Assembly: GCA_963780105.1 (NCBI GenBank)
Contig: CAWABC010000055.1
Coordinates: forward strand, 3,015-67,014
Length of the DNA stretch: 64,000 bases
Direction: 5' to 3'
Source: an uncultured Acidobacteriaceae bacterium
Lineage (GTDB): Bacteria > Acidobacteriota > Terriglobia > Terriglobales > Acidobacteriaceae
Shown here: piece after piece, positions 38,963 to 49,155 of the stretch
How the letters are laid out: every line of letters begins with the position of its first letter
Numbering within the stretch: the stretch's first letter is position 1
The notes under the pieces: model-generated
The model's input: the letters and a program-made list of their open reading frames with translations, nothing else
Database searches by the model: none
Told to the model about the DNA's origin: nothing
Position numbers and translations under genes: made by a program

Positions 38963-39790
38963 ATGAGCCGGTTAAAGATTTCGGCCATTTCCTACCTGAA
39001 CACGGCGCCTCTCCTGTGGGATTTTGAGCACGGTCAGGCGGCCGTGAGCATTGATTTTGACATTTCCTACACCATCCCTTCGGCCTGCGCCGAGGCTCTA
39101 GGTGCGGGAACGGCGGATATTGGCATCATTCCGGCGGCGGCTTATGCGACGGTTCCCGATCTCGTCATCATTCCCGATGTGGCGATTGCGGCGCGGCGGG
39201 CGGTGCGGTCGATCCTGCTGGTGAGTAAAGTCCCCTTAGATAAGTGGAGAGAGCAGGTGCGCACCGTGGCGCTCGATACTTCTTCGATGACGTCGGTCGC
39301 GCTCGCGAAGATTTTGTTCGCCAAATGGCTGGGCGGAGCGCGCGACTATAAGCCAATGGCTCCCGATCTCGATGCCATGCTCGGCGCTTGCGATGCGGCC
39401 TTGCTCATCGGAGACCCCGCGCTGCAAGTCGATCGGACGCGCTACTTCACGCTCGACCTAGCGGAAGAGTGGGCGGCGCGCACGGGAAAGTCATTCGTCT
39501 TCGCTTTCTGGGCCATTCGCAAGCACGCGCTTGCCGGACGCAATGCAGCAACAATTGCGGAGGCCTTCAAGAAGTCACGGGATCATGGGCTGTCGCCGAA
39601 GAACCTTGAAGCCATCGCGCAGGAGTGGGCGCCGCGCCTCGGCCTTACCGTCGAGGTCATTCGCGTCTACCTGACGCACAACATCCATTATTATCTCGAC
39701 CCTCCGTGTCTGGAGGGGCTTGAGCTGTACTATCGCATGGGCGTGGAGGTTGGGGCTCTGCCGCAGGCGCCCGGGCTTCGGTTTGTTTAG
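38963..39790 (+). CDS. mqnA: chorismate dehydratase (futalosine pathway)
   Basis: MSRLKISAISYLNTAPLLWDF..., GDPALQ, FVFAFWAIR. This matches the MqnA pattern. Confidence 0.8.
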   Translation: MSRLKISAISYLNTAPLLWDFEHGQAAVSIDFDISYTIPSACAEALGAGTADIGIIPAAAYATVPDLVIIPDVAIAARRAVRSILLVSKVPLDKWREQVRTVALDTSSMTSVALAKILFAKWLGGARDYKPMAPDLDAMLGACDAALLIGDPALQVDRTRYFTLDLAEEWAARTGKSFVFAFWAIRKHALAGRNAATIAEAFKKSRDHGLSPKNLEAIAQEWAPRLGLTVEVIRVYLTHNIHYYLDPPCLEGLELYYRMGVEVGALPQAPGLRFV

Positions 39791-39910
39791 GCCCTGAATC
39801 ATCCTGTTGAGCGCAAGCTGTTGGCACGTCGGGAGCCTCGGCGTATTCTAGCGGCGATAACGCTATTCAAGATCGGGAGACAAGTTCAGTCGCCCGTGGA
39901 AGATGAAATC

Positions 39911-40897
39911 ATGATGAAAATACGAAACTTAGCCTCCAGAGCAATGCTCGCCGCAGTGATCACGAGCTCCTTCCTCGTTCTGTCGTGCGAATCCAAGCGC
40001 GTGGTCAATATGCCAAGGAAGGCCAAGCTCACAACCTACCTAGCGTCTCCGGCCGATGACCGCATTGACCGTTCACCTGGCGAAGGGACTGATAGTCACG
40101 CGGTCTTGAAACTCGTTGCAGAGCAAACGGAAACCACCACGGAAATTCGCAAGATCGTGCGGAACGGATCTCTGGAACTATTGGTCAGTGACGTCGGGAA
40201 AGCGGCTGGCAAGGTTCGCGCTATCGCCGAGGGCATGAAAGGATTCGTCGAGAAATCAGCACAGACCAATATCGGCGGCCATACCGCCGTGATAACGGTG
40301 CGCGTTCCAGCTAGCAGTTTGGACCAAGCCATATCAGAGATCGAGCACTTGGCGTTAAGTGTCGACCGGGAGAACGTAGAAGCCCGTGATGTCACCCGTG
40401 ATTACGTAGACCTTGATGCTCGCCTGCGGAATGCTCAGGCCGAAGAGGCACGATATCTGGAAATCCTGAAGCGCGCCGCGACGGTGAAGGACACGCTCGA
40501 TGGTGCGGAGAAACTGAGCGGCGTCCGAGGTCAAATCGAACAACTCCAGGGCGAGATGAAATACCTTACGACCCAAATCGACATGTCATCTTTGGAAATC
40601 ACGCTTCGAGGTGAAGCGGGTGCCACGGTTCTAGGCTTCCAGTGGCGCCCGCTGCGTCAAGCCAAGGTCGCGCTGGGTGAAATGATTTCAGGACTCGCAG
40701 ACTGGGTCGATTCGGTTATCGCGTTCTTCATCAATCTACCCCTGATTATGGTTTGGTTGGTAACGGTGATTGCTCTTGTAGCGGTGGCCGTGCGTGTATT
40801 CCGGTTCTGTTGGAAGAGGCTAGGGCCCAAGACCGGTTGGCGGCTACCTTGGCTGCGTTCCCGCCCCATCGATCAACCATCTCAGACAGGCAAGTGA
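39911..40897 (+). CDS. DUF4349 domain lipoprotein
   Basis: The ATG at 39911 gives MMKIRNLASRAMLAAVITSSFLVLSC (lipobox-like). Also SLELLVSDV...VTRDYVDLDARLRNAQAEEARYLEIL...L..QIDMSSLEITL, and C-terminal TM helices. Confidence 0.7.
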   Translation: MMKIRNLASRAMLAAVITSSFLVLSCESKRVVNMPRKAKLTTYLASPADDRIDRSPGEGTDSHAVLKLVAEQTETTTEIRKIVRNGSLELLVSDVGKAAGKVRAIAEGMKGFVEKSAQTNIGGHTAVITVRVPASSLDQAISEIEHLALSVDRENVEARDVTRDYVDLDARLRNAQAEEARYLEILKRAATVKDTLDGAEKLSGVRGQIEQLQGEMKYLTTQIDMSSLEITLRGEAGATVLGFQWRPLRQAKVALGEMISGLADWVDSVIAFFINLPLIMVWLVTVIALVAVAVRVFRFCWKRLGPKTGWRLPWLRSRPIDQPSQTGK

Positions 40898-41037
40898 TCG
40901 GCGGTGGTTCCGGCGCAGGTGATTGTTATTTCTGCATTTGCAGCAGGCGCGCGAAACGCCCTTCGCCCATCTTTCCGCGAAACTCGCCTCTACCCCCTCC
41001 CACCAGCTAAAATAGCCATTACTGTGGGGTGGAGAGG

Positions 41038-42090
41038 ATGTCCCTGACCAAACAGCAGGCTTTGGAGATGTTCCGGTCCGACGATCTGATCGGGATTGGC
41101 ATGGAGGCGGACGCGGTTCGCCGCAAGCTGCATCCCGAGGGCACCGTGACTTACATCATCGACCGCAACATTAACTACACCAACTTCTGCACGGAATATT
41201 GCACGTTCTGCGCGTTTTATCGTCCGTTGAAGGGGCCGGCGGCTAGGGTCAACGAGGGATACATCCTCGACCTCGACACCATCTACGAGAAGATTCGCGA
41301 GACCGTGGAACTTGGCGGCACGGGCGTGCTGATGCAGGGCGGCCTGCATCCCGATCTCAAGATCGACTGGCACGAGCGCATGTTGAGTGGCATCAAGCAG
41401 CGCTTCCCGAAGGTTCACCTGCACTGCTACTCGGCTTCGGAGATTCTTGCGATTGCTGAGTACAGCAACCTCAGCGTGCGTGACACGATTGCGCGGCTGC
41501 GCGACGCGGGACTCGATTCGATTCCGGGCGGCGGGGCTGAGATTCTTGACGATGAAGTCCGCTACAAAATCGCGCGCCTGAAATGCCTGACCGCGGATTG
41601 GCTAAAGGTGCATCGCACCGCGCACCAACTCGGCATGAGAACCACTGCGACCATGATGTTTGGCGTCGGCGAGAGCGTCGAACACCGCATTAACCACTTC
41701 CAGTGTCTGTACGATTTGCAGGAGGAGACTGGCGGCTTCACCGCGTTCATCCCGTGGACCTTTCAGCCCGCAAACACAGCCCTCGGCGGACGCCACTGGT
41801 ATGAGGCTACGGCGGTTGAATATTTGAAGGTGCTGGCTATTTCGCGGCTCTACCTTTCGAATTTCGTGAACGTGCAGTCCAGCTGGGTGACGCAGGGATT
41901 GAAAGTTTGCCAGATGGGCTTGCGCTTCGGCGGCAACGATGTTGGTTCGGTGATGCTGGAGGAGAACGTCGTCCGCGCCGCCGGCGTCACCAACTGCACA
42001 ACCGAAGAAGAATTGCGGCGCATCATACGCGATGCGGGCTTCCGTCCGGCGCAGCGGGATACGTTGTACCGGCAATATTTTCTGAATTGA
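41038..42090 (+). CDS. mqnC: radical SAM cyclic dehypoxanthinyl futalosine synthase
   Basis: IIDRNINYTNFCTEYCTFCAFYR is the CxxxCxxC radical SAM motif. GGTGVLMQGGLHP favours MqnC over MqnE. An alternative GTG start lies at 41029. Confidence 0.7.
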   Translation: MSLTKQQALEMFRSDDLIGIGMEADAVRRKLHPEGTVTYIIDRNINYTNFCTEYCTFCAFYRPLKGPAARVNEGYILDLDTIYEKIRETVELGGTGVLMQGGLHPDLKIDWHERMLSGIKQRFPKVHLHCYSASEILAIAEYSNLSVRDTIARLRDAGLDSIPGGGAEILDDEVRYKIARLKCLTADWLKVHRTAHQLGMRTTATMMFGVGESVEHRINHFQCLYDLQEETGGFTAFIPWTFQPANTALGGRHWYEATAVEYLKVLAISRLYLSNFVNVQSSWVTQGLKVCQMGLRFGGNDVGSVMLEENVVRAAGVTNCTTEEELRRIIRDAGFRPAQRDTLYRQYFLN

Positions 42091-42135
42091 ATCGCGGGTC
42101 TCGCTTCCCGTTAATTCGCAAGCTATATTTGGTTT

Positions 42136-42212
42136 GTCATCTTGAGCGAAGCGAAAGACCTGCTGATATTGGCGCCGCGAAGAGCAGGTCCTTCGCTTCG
42201 CTCAGGATGACA
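42136..42212. repeat. REP-like palindrome, family 1 (copy B)
   Basis: GTCATCTTGAGCGAAGCGAAAGACCTGCT ... AGCAGGTCCTTCGCTTCGCTCAGGATGAC (2 mismatches). Confidence 0.85.
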
Positions 42213-42249
42213 ATTTGGATTGAGGTCTCTCAGTCTCCATTGACATCTA

Positions 42250-43920
42250 ATGACGCGCTCACTTGCCATCGCCTGTTTCCTTCTCAGCGCCTGGTTGCTG
42301 GCTAGCGCCCAGGACTCCCCGCCCCCGGCGAACGCGCCCTCCATCGCGGGCACGGTGGTGCAGGAACCGGGCAGTCAGCCGATTAAGAAGGTGCTGGTGC
42401 AAATCATCGCGGAGGTTCAGGGTGAGAACTACACTGCCTCGACCGACGCTGAAGGCCATTTCCGCGTCGACAATGTTGTGCCCGGGCGTTACCGCATCTT
42501 CTTCGAGAGAACCGGATTCGTCGGAGTGAATGGGCACGGACTTAAGTCTGATGTCAACGTGCTCACCGTTCAAGCCGGACAGCCGGTGAAAGACCTTCTG
42601 TTTCGAATGTTGCCCACAGCGGTGATCAGCGGCCGCATCACGGACGAAGATGGCGACCCGATGCCCGAGGTCAGAGTGTTCGCGCAAAAGAAAAGGCCAG
42701 GGAAGACAACACGAGAGGGCGTCGGGAGCGCAGGGACTAACGACCTGGGCGAATATCGTCTCTCCGGCTTGTTCCCCGGTCAGTACTGGATTGTGGCTAC
42801 GCCGGCTCCGGACATGCGCGATTACGAAAAACAGCCGGAGAAATCTCCGCCGGGCGATAACCAGGGCGAGGCTCGGCCCGACACCCGATACGTCACCACC
42901 TACTTTCCGGGGACTTACGATGGCTTGCAGGCCTCGGCAGTAACGCTGAAGGCGGGCGACGAAATGCCGGTCAACTTCACGTTGGTGCCGGCGAGAACGT
43001 ATCGGGTTCGCGGAATCGTTACTGGCATCATGGCCGGCCAGAAGGGCAACGTGGAGTTGGTCTCTAAGGCGGGCGATTCGATCCGTGCAAATGAGGTGGG
43101 GCCGGACGGCCAGTTCGAGTTGCGTGGGGTCGCTCCAGGATCGTATGTGGTGAGGGCATCGGCCGGCACGGAATCACAGTCGCTCGCGGCGCACCAGGAT
43201 ATCAGCGTTGTAGCCGCTGACGTGGATGGGGTGAAGCTGGCTCCCGCACCTTCTTTCGCGATCTCCGGCCATTTTCACGCGGATGGAGGCGCGTCCGCAG
43301 ATTTCACTCAGTACGTAGTGAACCTCCGCCAAGCCGAGTTGCCGGAAGATCCGGGTTTCTTCATGTCCCCCGACTTCTTTGGAACCAATGCGACCGTGGA
43401 CCGGCTGGGCAACTTCGAGTGGAAAAACGTCAATCGCGGCAACTACATCGTGGAGGTGTATGGGTCCGACCCTCAGAGCAGCTTCTACCTGAAATCCGTG
43501 ACCCTTGGCGGGCGAGATGTCGCCACCGGATTCACGGCAAGCGGGCCGGCCACGCTTGATGTGCTGATCAGTTCCAAGGGAGGAAGAGTCGAGGGAACGG
43601 TCGTCGAAAAGGAAGAAGATGTGGACGATACTCATCCCGTGGCCAACGTCACCGTCGTAGCCGTGCCCGAAGAAAAATACCGGAAGATTCCCGATCGCTT
43701 TGTAAGCGGAACGACCGACCAGCATGGACGCTTTACGATTCGCGGCCTCGCTCCGGGCAGCTACACGCTCTATGCCTGGCAGGATCTGGAAGACGGTGTC
43801 TGGCGCGACCCGGACTTTCTGAAGTCCCAGGAAGCGAATGGCACGGCAGTGAAAGTGGAGGAAGGTTCTCATCAGCAGGTCGCGCTGAAGCTTAGCCCGG
43901 CGGGCGAGGAGTGGCGGTAA
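42250..43920 (+). CDS. secreted protein with multiple carboxypeptidase-regulatory-like (CarboxypepD_reg) domains
   Basis: 556 aa. Has a signal peptide. G.V......P...V.V.......T...G.F.....PG.Y motifs recur (GHFRVDNVVPGRYRI, GEYRLSGLFPGQYWI, GQFELRGVAPGSYVV, GRFTIRGLAPGSYTL). Confidence 0.75.
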   Translation: MTRSLAIACFLLSAWLLASAQDSPPPANAPSIAGTVVQEPGSQPIKKVLVQIIAEVQGENYTASTDAEGHFRVDNVVPGRYRIFFERTGFVGVNGHGLKSDVNVLTVQAGQPVKDLLFRMLPTAVISGRITDEDGDPMPEVRVFAQKKRPGKTTREGVGSAGTNDLGEYRLSGLFPGQYWIVATPAPDMRDYEKQPEKSPPGDNQGEARPDTRYVTTYFPGTYDGLQASAVTLKAGDEMPVNFTLVPARTYRVRGIVTGIMAGQKGNVELVSKAGDSIRANEVGPDGQFELRGVAPGSYVVRASAGTESQSLAAHQDISVVAADVDGVKLAPAPSFAISGHFHADGGASADFTQYVVNLRQAELPEDPGFFMSPDFFGTNATVDRLGNFEWKNVNRGNYIVEVYGSDPQSSFYLKSVTLGGRDVATGFTASGPATLDVLISSKGGRVEGTVVEKEEDVDDTHPVANVTVVAVPEEKYRKIPDRFVSGTTDQHGRFTIRGLAPGSYTLYAWQDLEDGVWRDPDFLKSQEANGTAVKVEEGSHQQVALKLSPAGEEWR

Positions 43921-43992
43921 CCGGCCGCTGGCCGATCAGGTACAATGCTAGTTCCGCGGTCTTTCCTTTTGATCCATGGTGCTGTTCCGCAC

Positions 43993-45639
43993 ATGTCTTT
44001 GACCCTCACTTCGTCCCCGCTGGCCCGGCTGGCCTTGGTCGTTATTCTTGCTTCCAAGGGCTTGATGCCGTACCTTCGCCATCATTTTCTGGACAAGACT
44101 TTTCAGGGACTCTACCAGGTCAACGGATTCGATCTGGCGCTGCTGATTCCCTATTTCGTCGTGCTGATCATCCTGGCGGCCTACGGCGGGCACCGGTATT
44201 GGCTGGTCTATCTCTATTACAAGCACAAAGCGAACAAGACGACGGAACCCGCGGCGCACTTCCAATTCGGCGACCTGCCGCGTGTCACCGTGCAGTTGCC
44301 GATCTTCAACGAGCAATACGTGGTGGACCGGCTGCTCGACGCCGTCTGCCGGCTCGACTATCCGCGTGAAAAGCTCGACATCCAACTATTGGACGACTCG
44401 ACCGACGAAACCGTTGAAGTCGCCGGCATTTTGGTGGAGCGCTACGCCTCCTTGGGACATCCGGTCAAGTACCTGCACCGCGACAATCGCGAGGGCTTCA
44501 AGGCAGGCGCCTTGGCGGAGGGATTGAAGACGGCCAAGGGAGAATTCGTCGCCATCTTCGACGCCGATTTTGTTCCGCCCTCCGACTTTCTACTGAATTG
44601 CATCCATCACTTCACCGATCCCAAAGTCGGCATGGTGCAGACGCGCTGGACGCACATCAACCGCAACTACTCGGTGCTGACCGAGGTGGAAGCGATTCTG
44701 CTCGACGGCCATTTCGTGCTGGAACACTCGGGACGGTCGCGCAGCGGCGTTTTCTTTAACTTCAACGGCACGGCCGGAATGTGGCGGCGCTGCGCGATCG
44801 ACGAAGCGGGCGGCTGGGAGCACGACACGCTCACCGAAGACACCGATCTTTCCTATCGCGCCCAGCTAAAGGGATGGAAGTTCGTTTATCTGCAGGACGT
44901 CGAATGTCCGGCCGAGTTGCCGGTGGAGATGACCGCATTCAAGACGCAGCAGGCACGCTGGGCCAAGGGGCTGATCCAGGTCTCCAAGAAAATACTGCCC
45001 AAGGTTTTCGCCAGCGACGCCTCACGACACCAGAAAATCGAAGCCTGGTATCACCTGACGGCCAACCTCAGCTATCCGCTGATGATCGTGCTCTCCGTGC
45101 TGCTGATGCCCGCCATGATTATTCGTTTTTATCAGGGATGGTTCCAGATGCTCTACATCGACTTGCCCCTGTTCATGGCTTCGACGTTTTCGATTTCCAG
45201 CTTCTACCTGGTTTCGCAGAAGGAACTGTTTCCGAAAAGTTGGCTGAGATCGCTGCTCTACCTGCCGCTGTTGATGGCTCTGGGGATCGGGTTGACGGTC
45301 ACCAACACGATTGCCGTGCTGGAAGCGCTGGTGGGCAAGCAGACTGCCTTCGCGCGCACTCCCAAGTACCGCGTCGAATCAAGGAAGGACAAGGTCGGCG
45401 CAAAAAAATACCGCAAGCGTCTGGGATGGGTTCCGTGGATTGAACTGCTGATCGGCACTTATTTCGCGCTGGCGATCATTTATGCCATCGACAACGAAAA
45501 TTACTTCACCGTTCCCTTCCTGGTGTTGTTCGTCATCGGCTACTGGGTCACGGGGCTGATGTCGCTGCTGCAGGGGCGATTCGCCGGACTGTCGGTGGGT
45601 TCGGAAACGCACACCAAGCCCTTCCCGGTCGGGGTGTAG
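43993..45639 (+). CDS. processive family-2 glycosyltransferase (cellulose-synthase-like)
   Basis: ORF 43945..45639. Motifs are LLDDSTDET, FDADFVPP, LTEDTDLSYR and QQARWAKG (D, DxD, TED, QxxRW). TM helices flank the catalytic domain. Confidence 0.85.
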   Translation: MSLTLTSSPLARLALVVILASKGLMPYLRHHFLDKTFQGLYQVNGFDLALLIPYFVVLIILAAYGGHRYWLVYLYYKHKANKTTEPAAHFQFGDLPRVTVQLPIFNEQYVVDRLLDAVCRLDYPREKLDIQLLDDSTDETVEVAGILVERYASLGHPVKYLHRDNREGFKAGALAEGLKTAKGEFVAIFDADFVPPSDFLLNCIHHFTDPKVGMVQTRWTHINRNYSVLTEVEAILLDGHFVLEHSGRSRSGVFFNFNGTAGMWRRCAIDEAGGWEHDTLTEDTDLSYRAQLKGWKFVYLQDVECPAELPVEMTAFKTQQARWAKGLIQVSKKILPKVFASDASRHQKIEAWYHLTANLSYPLMIVLSVLLMPAMIIRFYQGWFQMLYIDLPLFMASTFSISSFYLVSQKELFPKSWLRSLLYLPLLMALGIGLTVTNTIAVLEALVGKQTAFARTPKYRVESRKDKVGAKKYRKRLGWVPWIELLIGTYFALAIIYAIDNENYFTVPFLVLFVIGYWVTGLMSLLQGRFAGLSVGSETHTKPFPVGV

Positions 45640-45642
45640 ATC

Positions 45643-45694
45643 GTGTGGGGACGGGCGCCCTCGCCCGTCCAAGCCGAGCGCAAGCTCGGCAGCG
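45643..45694. repeat. REP-like double-hairpin element, family 2 (copy 2)
   Basis: GTGTGGGGACGGGCGCCCTCGCCCGTCCAAGCCGAGCGCAAGCTCGGCAGCG, with 2 differences from copy 1. Confidence 0.8.
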
Positions 45695-45762
45695 GCGCGA
45701 AGTCGTGAGATCGCCAGATGGCCCGATGACCCGATTCCCTGCTGCACCAAACTAACTAACAA

Positions 45763-47073
45763 TTGAGCCTCTGGCCGATGCTACGCTGGTACCGCTCTGG
45801 TTTTCTCGCAGGCGCCTCCGCAAGAGGATTGCAGGGAACCAATCTCAAGAAGCTGTTAAGAACAGTCGAAGCGCTGGCGGATTTGGGGCCCGAACTTACG
45901 GCAGACCGCGACTTCCGCCAAACCGCTCATGCCATGCTGTCCGCCGTGATGGAAGCGGCCGACGCGCACGAGGCCGTGCTGTTTTCGTTCGGGGAACGGC
46001 CCTCCTTGCTGACCTCGGTCGATGCGCAAGGATTCGCGCTGCTGCCGGAACCGTCGCTGATTCCCCTGCTTCCCCGCCACGTCCACACCTTGACCTCGGC
46101 CTCCGGCCCGGTGCTGCTCAATAGTTCCACGTATGACGTCTTTCTGAGTTCGAACGGCAATGTCGCGCCGGAACTGTTCAAGTGTATTTGCCCGCTGAAA
46201 GTCCGGGGAAAGCTCGCTGGGGTAATCGCCCTGGGACGACGGCCCGGCGAAGCGGTGTATGAAGAAGACGCCCTCGACGCGTTTGAAATGCTAAGTCACT
46301 ACGTGGCGCTGGCCATTCAGAACCACACTCTGGGCCAGACGCTGGCGCAACGGGTCTCTGAAAACCTGCGGCTGCTGGCCTCGCTGCACGGGTTCTACGA
46401 CAACGCGCTCGAGGCTTTCGCCGCCGCCATCGACGTCAAGCACGTCAACATTCATGGCCACTCGCTGCGAGTGGGCCGTTACTCACAGGCAATCGGCGAA
46501 GCGATGGGGATGGACCCGAACGCGGTCGCGTCCTTGCGGTCGGCGGCCTATCTGCACGACATCGGCATGGTTGCCGTCGATAAGCGGCTGCTGGGAAAAG
46601 CTGCGCGGCTCGACGCGGAGGAATCCCGCGAGATGCGGGACCACACTGTGGTCGGGCATCAGATCGTCAGCCAGGTGCAGTTTCCCTGGCCGCAGATTCC
46701 AGAAATCGTGCGCTGGCACCATGAACGGGCAGACGGGTCGGGATACCCGGACGGCTTGCATGGGGACGAAATACCGCAAGCGGTGCGCATCGTGGCCCTG
46801 GCCGAAACCTTTGACGCCATGATCAGCGAGCGTCCCTACCGCGAGCGCATGTCGGTGGGTGCGGCGCTGCAAGACTTGATCCGCATGACTCCGCAAAAAT
46901 ACGATCCCCAGGCGCTGCAGGCCTTACTGATCCAGGTGCGGCGGGATGCTGTCGGCAGCAATCGCATCCCGATGCTTGAGCCTGAAGTAATGCACCTTTC
47001 CGCCGGGGATGTGGACCAATTGGCGTCGACCTTGCAACACCGGATCAGCCAAGACAAACTCTTTCTCACCTGA
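45763..47073 (+). CDS. GAF-domain HD-GYP phosphodiesterase-type signalling protein
   Basis: 436 aa (TTG start; alternative ATG at 45778). HSLRVGRY...AAYLHDIGMVAV...HHERADGSGYPDGL is the HD-GYP motif. The N-terminal half looks like a GAF domain. Confidence 0.8.
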   Translation: MSLWPMLRWYRSGFLAGASARGLQGTNLKKLLRTVEALADLGPELTADRDFRQTAHAMLSAVMEAADAHEAVLFSFGERPSLLTSVDAQGFALLPEPSLIPLLPRHVHTLTSASGPVLLNSSTYDVFLSSNGNVAPELFKCICPLKVRGKLAGVIALGRRPGEAVYEEDALDAFEMLSHYVALAIQNHTLGQTLAQRVSENLRLLASLHGFYDNALEAFAAAIDVKHVNIHGHSLRVGRYSQAIGEAMGMDPNAVASLRSAAYLHDIGMVAVDKRLLGKAARLDAEESREMRDHTVVGHQIVSQVQFPWPQIPEIVRWHHERADGSGYPDGLHGDEIPQAVRIVALAETFDAMISERPYRERMSVGAALQDLIRMTPQKYDPQALQALLIQVRRDAVGSNRIPMLEPEVMHLSAGDVDQLASTLQHRISQDKLFLT

Positions 47074-47287
47074 AATTCTCTAGCCGAGAAACGGGGCATT
47101 GCCCCATAAACGCTAACTCAAAAATTAGTTCCGGTTTGCGCGTGACACGATCAGAATAATCGAAACTCCGCGATACGTTCCCTATTGGAATGGGCGATCA
47201 GACGGCAAGAGCCGCTCTGCGAGGGGAGTGAGGTCGGGCGGCGCTGCCCCATGAAGCCCCGGCCAGCTCGGCAGTTGCAGCGCCTTG

Positions 47288-47677
47288 TCAGACCGCAGGG
47301 AGCGCACTGATCGTAACGTAATATCCGTCCGGATCTCGGAGCGAGAACTCCTTGGTTTGAGTGTTCGGATTCACGTGTGGCTCCTCTTCGAGCCGAGTGA
47401 CGAGTGGGCGTGCCCTCTGAAGCGCCAGGTCGAAATCATCGACACGGAAGAACAACAGGAGCCCGTTGCCGGGTGTCCCGTGATCGGGGCTCATCAATGA
47501 GGGATGCTCGTGGGCGCCCCACTCGTGGAGGCAGAGCAAAACAGTTCCATCTGAATCGAGGATTTGCCCAAAGTAATCATGGGTGGGAAGGGTAGCCGGC
47601 TGACCCAACAGCGCCTGGTACCATTTGAAGCTGCCTGGCACGTCGCCTACCCCTATGATCGTCCACGTGCGCTTCAT
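47288..47677 (-). CDS. VOC (glyoxalase/bleomycin-resistance) family protein
   Basis: 129 aa. WYQALLG ... FFRVDDFD ... FSLRDPDGYYV. Confidence 0.75.
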   Translation of the reverse strand: MKRTWTIIGVGDVPGSFKWYQALLGQPATLPTHDYFGQILDSDGTVLLCLHEWGAHEHPSLMSPDHGTPGNGLLLFFRVDDFDLALQRARPLVTRLEEEPHVNPNTQTKEFSLRDPDGYYVTISALPAV

Positions 47678-48163
47678 CGGGTCCCCCTCTGCGGACTAAT
47701 TCTTGTTTAGACCGACCCGGATACAACCGGTCTTCCCAGAACTTGTCGTACTGTTTTATGCCGACAGGCGGGTCAGGCTAACCCTGCCATCGCCTAGAGA
47801 TAGATTCTCTCAGACTGGCGAATCGTCGGCAAACCGGAAGGTACCGCCCAGAAACCGGGAGGGGGAGGGGTCAACTTCTAACCCTTCCTGCTTAAGTTAG
47901 CGCTTGAGAGGGCACTGGCCCACGTCTCTTTGCACCCGGCGAACGAGAAGAAGCAAGCCGCGTCTCTACCGGAAGTCGGATACCCCTGGCTAAATTCTTC
48001 CCAGTGTAAAATTAGAAGTTCGTCCTAGCGTGCCTCATCGGGGTTCTCGAATCGCACGTAAACTAGGGGCGCGTTTGTATCAATATTGGCGGGAACATCA
48101 TCTAAGGGTCTAGACCGGGGATTTCAAGGGGCCATTGCAAGTCGATTTGCGAGGAGAGAATTG

Positions 48164-48913
48164 ATGGCTGTCAGTGACCAGTCTGTCGCCACCGGGGCCG
48201 AACTCGACCAGTTGTGTGTTAATACGATTCGCACGCTTGCAATGGACGCGGTGCAGAAGGCGAACTCGGGACATCCGGGAGCGCCGATGGGGTTGGCTCC
48301 GGTCGCCTATTGTCTGTGGCAGCAGTTTCTGCGCTATGACCCGGAAAATCCGATTTGGCCGAACCGCGACCGCTTCGTGCTTTCCAATGGGCACGCCTCC
48401 ATGCTGCTCTATTCCCTGCTGTATCTGGCGGGCGTGCGAGAAGTGAGTCCGGACGGCGGCGTTCTTTCGACGCCGGCCGTGTCGCTCGACGAGATCAAGA
48501 ATTTCCGGCAAATTGGCAGCAAGACGCCAGGGCATCCCGAATACCGATTGACCTCGGGTGTAGAGACCACCACCGGCCCGCTTGGTCAGGGCGTCGCCAA
48601 CAGCGTGGGTATGGCCATCGCCGGGCGCTGGCTGGCGGAGCACTTTAATCGTCCGGGATTCGAGCTGTTCAACTACAACGTCTGGGCGATTTGCGGCGAC
48701 GGCGACATGATGGAAGGAATTTCCTCGGAAGCCGCGTCGGTCGCCGGGCATCTTAAGCTTTCGAACCTGTGCTGGATTTACGACAACAACCACATCACCA
48801 TCGAGGGCAAAAAACGGCCGGTGGATCACCGCTTCCATCCTGACACGAGTCGACTTGCCCGCCTACACCGTGGAGGGCTACACGATGCGCGCGATCGTTT
48901 ATGGCTTCGGTGA
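48164..48913 (+). pseudogene. tkt: transketolase, N-terminal fragment only (homology ends near 48810)
   Basis: [43 protein letters not shown]...[14 protein letters not shown]...[12 protein letters not shown]...[12 protein letters not shown]. After that, no frame continues as transketolase, and the ORF tail to 48913 is non-homologous. Confidence 0.8.
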
Positions 48914-49074
48914 CCTGCCGATGGAGGAGAACGTCGGTTCCGCTGCCCAAAATGGCTCCCGGCGAGGGAGTCATTCAGGAAGTCGCCCTGAAGGAAAAGG
49001 CCCCCCAGCGTATCCGCGTGGATGTGCTGCGGCCCAGCGGATTTTCCGCGGCCACGGCGTGGTGGAAACCCTGA
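48885..49074 (+). pseudogene. short N-terminal stub resembling a medium-chain dehydrogenase/reductase (MDR)
   Basis: [17 protein letters not shown], then after a +1 shift VPLPKMAPGEGVIQ. This resembles the MRA.V....G.L..EEVP.P...PGEVLI start of Zn-ADH-like enzymes. Nothing recognisable follows. Confidence 0.3.
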
Positions 49075-49155
49075 GGACTGCACGCTTCGCCGGCCCGCCA
49101 ACCGTGATAGTATTTGGGTTCGGCATCAATCCTTCATTTGCGAGGTGACTTCTTC

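Noticed and set aside
47678-48163. Riboswitch or small structured RNA (TPP, SRP-like) in the long leader of tkt.
   Set aside because: Fragments such as GGTCAGGC and CCGGAAGG only loosely resemble SRP helix 8. There is no CUGAGA/ACCCU TPP core. I could not fold a convincing conserved structure by eye; a covariance-model scan is needed.
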